Source of the DNA: Escherichia coli | Lineage (GTDB): Bacteria > Pseudomonadota > Gammaproteobacteria > Enterobacterales > Enterobacteriaceae | Direction: 5' to 3' (one strand) | Length of the DNA stretch: 49,222 nt | Assembly: GCF_003334255.1 (NCBI RefSeq) | Contig: NZ_QOWU01000039.1 | Shown: piece after piece, positions 40,777-49,222 of the stretch | How positions within the stretch are numbered: the first letter of the stretch is position 1 | Layout: each line of letters opens with the position of its first letter | Made by a program: the position numbers and the translations under genes | Notes under the pieces: generated by a model | The model's input: only the letters and a program-made list of their open reading frames with translations | The model's database searches: none | What the model was told of the DNA's origin: nothing

Positions 40777-43263
40777 TTACACCTTCTCCAGTTTGACCGC
40801 GCACTTCTTGAAGTCCGTCTCTTTCGAGAGCGGATCGGTCGCATCCAGCGTCAGTTTGTTAACCAACTGTGCGGCGTCGAAGAACGGCATGTACACCAGG
40901 CCCTGTGGCGGACGGTTACGACCGCGCGTTTCAACAATCGAGATCACTTCGCCACGGCGAGAAACCACTTTCACTTTGTCGCCACGGCGCAGATCGCGCG
41001 CTTTCGCATCCAGCGGGTGAATAAACAGGACCGCTTCCGGGAAGGCGCGGTGCAGTTCTGGTACACGGCGAGTCATACTGCCGGTGTGCCAGTGCTCCAG
41101 AACGCGTCCGGTAGAGAGCCACAGGTCGTACTCTTCATCCGGTGCTTCCGCCGCCGGTTCGAATGGCAGTGCGAAGATCACCGCTTTGCCATCCGGTTTA
41201 CCGTAGAACTTATAGCCTTCGCCCGCTTTCACGTACGGGTCGTTACCTTCGCTGTAACGCCACTGCGTTTCTTTACCGTTCACCACCGGCCAGCGCAGAC
41301 CGCGCGCTTTGTGGTAGTCATCGAACGGTGCCAGATCGTGACCGTGACCGCGACCAAACCATGCGTACTCTTCGAACAGCCCTTTTTGCAGATAGAAGCC
41401 CAGCTCGCGGGATTCATCGTTCAGCTGATCTTCCGCCAGTTCGGATACCGGGAATTTGCTCACTTCCGGTGTGGCATACAGCACTTCGTACAGCGTTTTG
41501 CCACGCAGTTCCGGTTTCTTCGCCAGCAGATCTTCCGGCCATACTTCTTCAGTTTTGAAGCGGCGGGAGAACTGGACTAACTGCCAGAGATCCGATTTCG
41601 CTTCGCCCGGTGCCTGTACCTGTTGACGCCAGAACTGAGTACGGCGTTCGGCGTTACCGTAAGCGCCCTCTTTCTCTACCCACATTGCGGTCGGCAGGAT
41701 CAAGTCGGCGGCCAGCGCACTGACTGTCGGATACGGATCGGAGACGATGATGAAGTTGCGCGGATCGCGCCAGCCCGGCATACGCTCTTCATTGATGTTC
41801 GGCCCGGCCTGCATGTTGTTGGTACACATGGTCCAGTAAACATTCAGTTTGCCGTCTTTCAGCGCACGGTCTTGTGCCACCGCGTGCAGACCGATTTTCG
41901 CCGGAATGGTGCCGCTCGGGATATTCCACTTCTTCTCGCAGATATCACGGTGTTTCTCGTTGGTCACCACCATGTCCGCAGGCAGACGGTGAGCAAAGGT
42001 GCCCACTTCACGCGCAGTACCACACGCAGAAGGTTGCCCGGTCAGGGAGAACGGACCGCAACCCGGCTGGGAAATTTTGCCGGTCAGCAGGTGCAGGTTG
42101 TAGACCAGGTTGTTAGCCCACACGCCACGAGTATGCTGGTTGAAGCCCATCGTCCAGTAGGAGATGACTTTCTTGTTCGGATCGGCATACAGCTGCGCCA
42201 GTTGTTCTAACTGGTCTTTCGGCACGCCGGTCATTTCGGCAGTTTTTTCCAGCGTATACTCGGCAACGAAGGCTTTGTAATCTTCAAAGCTCATCGGTTC
42301 GGAGGCGTCAGAACCCGGATTCTTCGCTGCTTTTTCCAGCGGATGGGTCGGACGTAAACCGTAGCCGATGTCCGTCGCCCCTTTGCGCAGGTTAACGTGC
42401 TTGCTGAAGAAGTCCTGATTTATCGCATTGTTTTGAATGATATAGTTGGCGATGTAGTTCAGGATCACCAGGTCAGATTGCGGCGTAAAGATGATGCCGT
42501 TATCCGCCAGCTCGAAGCTACGATGCTGGTAGGTAGAAAGCACCGCCACGGTGACGTTCTGGTTAGAGAGACGACGGTTAGTGATGCGCGACCAGAGGAT
42601 CGGGTGCATTTCCGCCATGTTTGCGCCCCACAGCACAAACGCGTCAGCCTGCTCGATGTCGTCATAGCAGCCCATCGGCTCATCCATACCAAAGGTACGC
42701 ATAAAGCCAACTACTGCCGACGCCATACAGTGACGCGCGTTCGGGTCGATGTTGTTCGAACGGAAGCCCGCTTTAAACAGCTTGGACGCGGCATAACCTT
42801 CCCAGATAGTCCACTGACCAGAACCGAACATACCGATCGATTCCGGCCCTTTTTCTTTCAGGGCGGTTTTGAATTTCTCTTCCATCACATCGAAGGCCTG
42901 ATCCCAGGTGATTGGGGTAAATTCGCCTTCTTTGTCATATTTACCGTTTTTCATACGCAGCAGCGGCTGCGTCAAACGGTCTTTACCGTACATGATTTTG
43001 GGCAGGAAATAGCCCTTAATGCAGTTCAGGCCACGGTTAACCGGTGCGTCCGGGTCGCCCTGACAGGCCACCACACGTCCCTGCTGCGTTCCGACCAGAA
43101 CGCCGCAACCAGTACCGCAGAAACGGCACGGCGCTTTATCCCATTTGATGGCTTCCTGCTGACCAACAACGGCGCGGGCAACGCCCGGCACGCTGAGACC
43201 GGCAGCCGCCGCAGCGGCCGCAACGGCGTTAGCTTTCATAAAGCTACGACGACTGAGTTTCAT
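40777..43263 (-). CDS. napA: periplasmic nitrate reductase catalytic subunit NapA (Mo-bisMGD, 4Fe-4S)
   Basis: The 828-aa ORF has the Tat signal [22 protein letters not shown] and the N-terminal Fe-S motif CRFCGTGC...C. Confidence 0.97.
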   Translation of the reverse strand: MKLSRRSFMKANAVAAAAAAAGLSVPGVARAVVGQQEAIKWDKAPCRFCGTGCGVLVGTQQGRVVACQGDPDAPVNRGLNCIKGYFLPKIMYGKDRLTQPLLRMKNGKYDKEGEFTPITWDQAFDVMEEKFKTALKEKGPESIGMFGSGQWTIWEGYAASKLFKAGFRSNNIDPNARHCMASAVVGFMRTFGMDEPMGCYDDIEQADAFVLWGANMAEMHPILWSRITNRRLSNQNVTVAVLSTYQHRSFELADNGIIFTPQSDLVILNYIANYIIQNNAINQDFFSKHVNLRKGATDIGYGLRPTHPLEKAAKNPGSDASEPMSFEDYKAFVAEYTLEKTAEMTGVPKDQLEQLAQLYADPNKKVISYWTMGFNQHTRGVWANNLVYNLHLLTGKISQPGCGPFSLTGQPSACGTAREVGTFAHRLPADMVVTNEKHRDICEKKWNIPSGTIPAKIGLHAVAQDRALKDGKLNVYWTMCTNNMQAGPNINEERMPGWRDPRNFIIVSDPYPTVSALAADLILPTAMWVEKEGAYGNAERRTQFWRQQVQAPGEAKSDLWQLVQFSRRFKTEEVWPEDLLAKKPELRGKTLYEVLYATPEVSKFPVSELAEDQLNDESRELGFYLQKGLFEEYAWFGRGHGHDLAPFDDYHKARGLRWPVVNGKETQWRYSEGNDPYVKAGEGYKFYGKPDGKAVIFALPFEPAAEAPDEEYDLWLSTGRVLEHWHTGSMTRRVPELHRAFPEAVLFIHPLDAKARDLRRGDKVKVVSRRGEVISIVETRGRNRPPQGLVYMPFFDAAQLVNKLTLDATDPLSKETDFKKCAVKLEKV

Positions 43264-43523
43264 GGTGTTTCCTCACCTTGCTCTTCCTGCTGGTGATAAA
43301 CCAGCGACACCGCCAGCACGCCCTCTACGTTGCGTACTGACTCAATGGTTTGGATCAGCGTTTCGCTGTCTTCTGCTTCCACCACCACAATCAACTGACC
43401 GCTCGGCGCGTCGCTGACAGCAACTTCACAGCCGGGAAAGGCGTTCAGTTGGGTGCTGATGTCTGAAATTCGTTCGCTTTTGGCCTGCACGACCAGGCTG
43501 CAAACTTGCCAGTTAGTGTGCAT
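43260..43523 (-). CDS. napD: NapA signal-peptide-binding chaperone NapD
   Basis: The 87-aa [18 protein letters not shown]... overlaps napA by 4 nt. Confidence 0.94.
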   Translation of the reverse strand: MHTNWQVCSLVVQAKSERISDISTQLNAFPGCEVAVSDAPSGQLIVVVEAEDSETLIQTIESVRNVEGVLAVSLVYHQQEEQGEETP

Positions 43524-44007
43524 GGAGATACTCCGCAGTTATGGCTGATACCGGACAGCTGGCTGCACATGCTCCACATCCGTTGCAAAGTTGGCTATTA
43601 AGTTGCGGCTGGTAGATCCCGGAGAGCGTCGGGCGAAAGATAATTGCCATTGGCTCACAGCTATCCTGACAGCGGCGGCATTCAACTGACTGATACGCCA
43701 GGCACGCGTCCCCGATGGTGAACTGCAAATCCCAGGCCCTGGTGTGGCGCGGAGAAAATAGCGATTCGGGGCAAGCCTGCGCGCAGGCGTAACAGAAGCT
43801 GCACTCGTTATTTTTGAAATTAACGCTCGGATAGCCGCCCGCGCCGCGTTGCAGAATGTTGTTTTCACAAGCATTAATACAGGCGTCGCAGCGGGTGCAA
43901 TGGGTCAGAAAATGAGATTCATCACCGGACCAGGGCGGACGGATACCGTTACTGGCTTTGCGCCAGCGACCAGTGAGTATGCCCCGACGGGATGCATCAA
44001 TCTTCAC
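43513..44007 (-). CDS. napF: cytoplasmic ferredoxin-type protein NapF
   Basis: The 164-aa ORF starts with GTG and carries several CxxCxxCxxxC(P) 4Fe-4S motifs. Confidence 0.94.
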   Translation of the reverse strand: MKIDASRRGILTGRWRKASNGIRPPWSGDESHFLTHCTRCDACINACENNILQRGAGGYPSVNFKNNECSFCYACAQACPESLFSPRHTRAWDLQFTIGDACLAYQSVECRRCQDSCEPMAIIFRPTLSGIYQPQLNSQLCNGCGACAASCPVSAITAEYLHAH

Positions 44008-44115
44008 ATTGACCTTCCATCATTAACGCGCTCTGAAAATTGAGAGCGACCAAATAAACCGCATAATTAATAAGCCATTTTTATAGCCGCTAAGATATTA
44101 AAGGATGTGTCAAAG

Positions 44116-44280
44116 ATGCATACCCCGATCGGGGTAAAACCTGTAGCAGGATCAAAAGAGTGGCGGGAAGCGTGGCAAAAACGGGCTTTTGCTCACATTT
44201 CAAATGGTTATAAATATATTTATATAGCGATTGATTCACCAGAGATATTTCTGCTGGTTTGCTCTCTCATTAGAATTTAA
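44116..44280 (+). CDS. yojO: small ORF YojO (54 aa), annotated in K-12; expression uncertain
   Basis: Hand translation gives MHTPIGVKPVAGSKEWREAWQKRAFAHISNGYKYIYIAIDSPEIFLLVCSLIRI*. It falls below the ORF-track length cut-off and lies entirely within the napF regulatory DNA. Confidence 0.45.
   Translation: MHTPIGVKPVAGSKEWREAWQKRAFAHISNGYKYIYIAIDSPEIFLLVCSLIRI
44121..44136 (-). promoter_or_regulatory. NarP/NarL 7-2-7 heptamer pair in the napF control region
   Basis: TACCCCG-AT-CGGGGTA is a perfect 16-bp palindrome of two TACYYMT-type heptamers. Its 20-bp spacing from the FNR site fits the published -44.5/-64.5 architecture (recalled). Confidence 0.7.
44142..44155 (-). promoter_or_regulatory. 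FNR site of the napF promoter
   Basis: The minus strand reads TTGAT-CCTG-CTACA; the consensus is TTGAT-N4-ATCAA. Confidence 0.6.
44206..44231 (-). promoter_or_regulatory. ModE (molybdate) operator upstream of napF
   Basis: The minus strand reads ATCGCTATATAAATATATTTATAACC, which resembles the ModE consensus ATCGCTATATA-N6-TATATAACGAT. It lies about 90 bp upstream of the NarP site, as recalled for napF. Confidence 0.55.
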
Positions 44281-44414
44281 CACTAAAAGAGCAGGTAAAA
44301 TTGTCTGAATGTTCTTTAAGTTATTCATAAAGCAAATTAATAAATCTGATGAATATGTTAACCTTCAGCGACATCATCGGTGAAAACCTATAAATGAAGA
44401 AGGAAAGCAAAAAA

Positions 44415-44903
44415 ATGAAGACCATTCTACCTGCAGTATTGTTTGCCGCTTTCGCTACCACTTCCGCCTGGGCGGCAGAAAGCGTCCAGCCACTGGAAAA
44501 AATCGCGCCTTATCCACAAGCTGAAAAAGGGATGAAGCGTCAGGTGATTCAGTTAACCCCGCAAGAAGATGAATCTACCCTGAAAGTAGAACTGTTAATC
44601 GGTCAGACGCTGGAAGTCGATTGCAATTTGCATCGTCTCAGCGGGAAGCTGGAAAACAAAACGCTGGAAGGCTGGGGCTATGATTATTATGTCTTTGATA
44701 AAGTCAGTTCCCCGGTTTCAACGATGATGGCCTGCCCGGATGGCAAGAAAGAGAAGAAATTTGTCACCGCGTATCTGGGCGATGCTGGAATGCTGCGTTA
44801 CAACAGCAAGCTGCCGATCGTGGTGTATACGCCAGACAATGTAGATGTGAAGTACCGCGTCTGGAAGGCGGAAGAGAAAATTGACAACGCGGTAGTTCGC
44901 TAA
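44415..44903 (+). CDS. eco: ecotin, periplasmic serine protease inhibitor
   Basis: The 162-aa product starts [20 protein letters not shown] (signal peptide) and has the reactive-site loop [13 protein letters not shown]. The ATG is at 44415, inside track ORF 44394-44903. Confidence 0.95.
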   Translation: MKTILPAVLFAAFATTSAWAAESVQPLEKIAPYPQAEKGMKRQVIQLTPQEDESTLKVELLIGQTLEVDCNLHRLSGKLENKTLEGWGYDYYVFDKVSSPVSTMMACPDGKKEKKFVTAYLGDAGMLRYNSKLPIVVYTPDNVDVKYRVWKAEEKIDNAVVR

Positions 44904-44904
44904 A

Positions 44905-45462
44905 CTGCCGTGAAGTGCGGCACCCCGTAGGTCAGACAAGGCGGTCACGCCGCATCCGACATCCAACGCCCGAGCCGGTTGCCTGATGCGACGCTGGCGC
45001 GTCTTATCAGGCCTACACCGCTGTGAAGTGCTCCACCCCGTAGGTCGGATAAGGCGGTTACGCCGCATCCGACATCTAACGCCCAAGCCGGTTGCCTGAT
45101 GCGACGCTGGCGCGTCTTATCAGGCCTACACCGCTGTGAAGTGCTCCACCCCGTAGGTTGGATAAGGCGGTTACGCCGCATCCGACATCCAACGTCCGAG
45201 CCGGTTGCCTGATGCGACGCTGGCGCGTCTTATCAGGCCTACACCGCTGTGAAGTGCTCCACCCCGTAGGTCGGATAAGGCGGTTACGCCGCATCCGACA
45301 TCTAACGCCCAAGCCGGTTGCCTGATGCGACGCTGGCGCGTCTTATCAGGCCTACACCGCTGTGAAGTGCTCCACCCCGTAGGTTGGATAAGGCGGTTAC
45401 GCCGCATCCAACATCTAACGCCCGAGCCGGTTGCCTGATGCGACGCTGGCGCGTCTTATCAG
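44905..45462. repeat. BIME-2-type tandem array: 5 copies (the last truncated) of a 113-bp unit, each with two inverted REP palindromes
   Basis: Unit starts fall at 44905, 45018, 45131, 45244 and 45357. Each unit contains GTAGGTCGGATAAGGCGGTTACGCCGCATCCGAC and GCCTGATGCGACGCTGGCGCGTCTTATCAGGCCTAC. Units 2 and 4 are identical. Confidence 0.9.
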
Positions 45463-45494
45463 CATACGCATACCATGCCGGATGTGGCGCATCA

Positions 45495-47153
<1,659 letters not shown>

Positions 47154-47358
47154 TTACTTTTAGTCGCTTTATTGCAGGTGAGATTTGCGCGGCATCAACG
47201 GTAACACTTAAGTAACAACATTTAAATAATGTTTATAAATTATATTCTAATTTTAGAAACATTATAATTTCGTTGATTAATTATAGGGTTATTAGAAATG
47301 AAGGGATTTTTAGCATATTGACCTGACGGCAGCAGTCCGCCAGGTCAGCGTCGTAATA

Positions 47359-49002
47359 TTATGCCGTCCGGGCAACGGCATCACGCGAAGCGGCATCGCG
47401 CTCTTCGCCCGTCAGCTCGCTAAGTTGCCCATTGCGCATTTCCAGCAGGCGGTCGGCGTGGATAAAGTAATGATCATCATGACTGATAGCGAAAATAGTT
47501 TTACCCATCTCCTGCATCAGCGGCAGCAACACCTGATAAAACTCACGACGGAAGTGTGGATCCTGATCCGCCGCCCATTCATCCAGCAGGATAATATCGC
47601 GTTCTTCTGCCAGCGCCAGCAACAGCGCCACGCGTTTTTTCTGCCCTTTTGATAACTTCAGGTTAACAATACGCCCGTTGCTTAACTCAAGCTTATGAGC
47701 CATTTTCAGCTGCGCCAGCCACTTCTCAACCAGTTGCGGGTTAGCGGGTTTACCCTCCGGCCCCAGCAGTTGATCAAACAGCCAGACATCGGTAAACACT
47801 GCCGAAAACAGTTTGCGATAATCTTCCGGTTGTTCGCCGCTGACAGGTTTGCCATCCAGCAAGATTTCGCCGCTTTGTGGCTGATACAAGCCCGTCAACA
47901 ACATCGCCAGCGTCGATTTTCCGCTACCGTTGCCGCCAATCAGAAACAGCAGCTCGCCACGTTTGATGGTGAGATTAATCGGACCAACGGAAAACGCGTT
48001 ATCCTGATAAGCAAACGTCACGTTACGCAGCTCCAGCGTTTGCCAGTTGGGAAACGCCTGCGGGCGCGGAAACTCTGCTTTGAAAGGCGCGAGCGCGAAT
48101 TTGTTCAGCTTGTTAAACGCCACCTGCGCCGTCAGCAGCGTCGGCAATGCGCCAACCGCCGAAAGCAGCGGCGTACGCAGGAATAAAAGCGTCAACGAAT
48201 AGGTCGCGGCAACGTTGGTATCAGCCCAACCGAGGCTGTTCGCCATCCAGAACACCAGGCCGATTGCGCCCAGCATCATGATGTTTGACCAGTTCACGGC
48301 ACTAAGATGGAAGGTGTCTGCGCGAATAATATGGTGGCGATACTCTTGCGCATCAGGAATGTAGAGGTTGTTAAACACATACTCGGCGCGTTCCCGGTTC
48401 AGAGTCAGCTCTTTGCGCCCTTCAAGTACAGTTTGAAAATCCGTGTACAGCTTGTCTTCGGTTTCACGCAGGGTCGCCATATGTTTGTACACCCGCGCCA
48501 CCAGCACAAAACCGCCCCAGATGGTGATCGCCATCCAGATAGCCGTTACCAGCAACATTTTGCCCGACAGCATCCACAGATACGCCGCTGAACCGATAGT
48601 GAGAATGATCCCCTGCACCAGTTCCGGCAGACGCACAAAAGCAATGGTGATATTGCGCACATCGCTGGTTAACCCCGCCAGCAACGAGGCGCTACCGAGT
48701 TGTTCAATGCGCTCGACGTGAGTATCCAGAATCCGCTTGATAAATTCACTACGCAGTCGGTAAACGAAGTGATGCCCCAAAGTGGTGAGCGCCAGTTGCG
48801 ATCCGAGAGTGACTGCCATCAACAGCAGCAATAATCCCAGAAACTCCGGCAACACCAGCAGACTGGTATCCGCCGTTTCGATAAGGCGCTGATTGATAAA
48901 AGCAATTAAGCCAATGCCTAATGCCGCACTGGCGAGGCTTAGCGCCATCACACTGATAAATGGCCAGCGATACTGCCGCCAGACAAGTACAAGAAGTTCC
49001 AT
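47359..49002 (-). CDS. yojI: fused TMD-NBD ABC exporter YojI (microcin J25 efflux)
   Basis: The 547-aa ORF has six N-terminal TM segments, Walker [10 protein letters not shown], the LSKGQKKR signature and Walker B ILLLDE. Confidence 0.94.
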
Positions 49003-49077
49003 GCAGAAAACCCGGACAATGAATTACAGCCCGCAGTTTAAACATCTTCGCGCGCACAGCAATAATAATTCTTATTT

Positions 49078-49146
49078 TTATTCTTTTTTACCTGCCTGAC
49101 GGAATGTCAGGTTGTAGCGGCAGTCGATGGTGAGTGGATGAAACCC
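49078..49146 (-). pseudogene. alkB: 3'-terminal fragment of alkB (last 22 codons plus stop), cut by IS186
   Basis: The minus strand translates to GFHPLTIDCRYNLTFRQAGKKE*, the remembered AlkB C-terminus. The reading frame upstream runs straight into the IS186 inverted repeat and hits a stop. Confidence 0.85.
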
Positions 49147-49222
49147 ATAAGCGCTAACTTAAGGGTTGTGGTATTACGCCTGATATGATTTAACGTGCCG
49201 ATGAATTACTCTCACGATAACT
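49146..49222 (+). mobile_element. IS186 left terminus (first 77 nt; element continues beyond the right window edge)
   Basis: CATAAGCGCTAACTTAAGGGTTGTGGTATTACGCCTGATATGATTTAACGTGCCG... matches the remembered IS186 terminal inverted repeat and leader. Confidence 0.85.
49201..49222 (+). CDS. insL: first 7 codons of the IS186 transposase InsL (MNYSHDN...); 3' part lies outside the window
   Basis: ATGAATTACTCTCACGATAAC at 49201 matches the remembered InsL N-terminus MNYSHDNWSAIL. Confidence 0.75.

Noticed and set aside
44905-45462. Could the regular 113-bp array be a CRISPR array?
   Set aside because: The units abut with no unique spacers, the whole unit is repeated, and the palindromes are canonical REP sequences. 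No cas genes or leader are present.
47217-47236. AT-rich palindrome AACATT-taaat-AATGTT in the mqo upstream region, a possible operator
   Set aside because: The arms are short in extremely AT-rich promoter DNA, where such palindromes arise by chance. I cannot assign it to a known regulator motif with any confidence.

Overview
This 49.2-kb window is Escherichia coli core chromosome (K-12 map about 49-50 min). Gene order is psuK, fruBKA, setB, yeiW, yeiP, yeiQ, yeiR, lpxT, mepS, pdeN(rtn), yejABEF, yejG, bcr, rsuA, radD(yejH), rplY, yejK, yejL, yejM, tRNA-Pro proL, yejO, narP, ccmHGFEDCBA, napCBHGADF, yojO, eco, mqo, yojI and the 3' end of alkB. Gene order, ORF lengths and diagnostic motifs all match what I remember for E. 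coli K-12, so nearly every base is explained by well-characterised genes. I find no convincing evidence for a novel multi-gene system. No defence island, prophage, CRISPR array, toxin-antitoxin pair or foreign gene cluster is present. The only coherent system is the known NarP / periplasmic nitrate reductase (nap) / cytochrome c maturation (ccm) block. Five observations are unusual or strain-specific. (1) The window starts with exactly 77 nt of an IS1 end, which replaces the last codons of psuK. It ends with exactly 77 nt of an IS186 end, which cuts alkB. This symmetry suggests a complete short-read contig bounded by repeats. (2) yejO, an AIDA-type autotransporter next to proL, is an intact 863-codon ORF, whereas I recall the MG1655 copy being split by IS5. 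(3) The eco-mqo spacer holds a 5 x 113-bp tandem BIME (REP-pair) array with a 226-bp higher-order period. (4) The narP-ccmH spacer holds a REP-IHF-REP element flanked by two near-identical hairpins. (5) The small ORF yojO is built entirely from the NarP/NarL, FNR and ModE operator region of napF. All identifications come from reading the sequence and recalling the families; no database search was possible.
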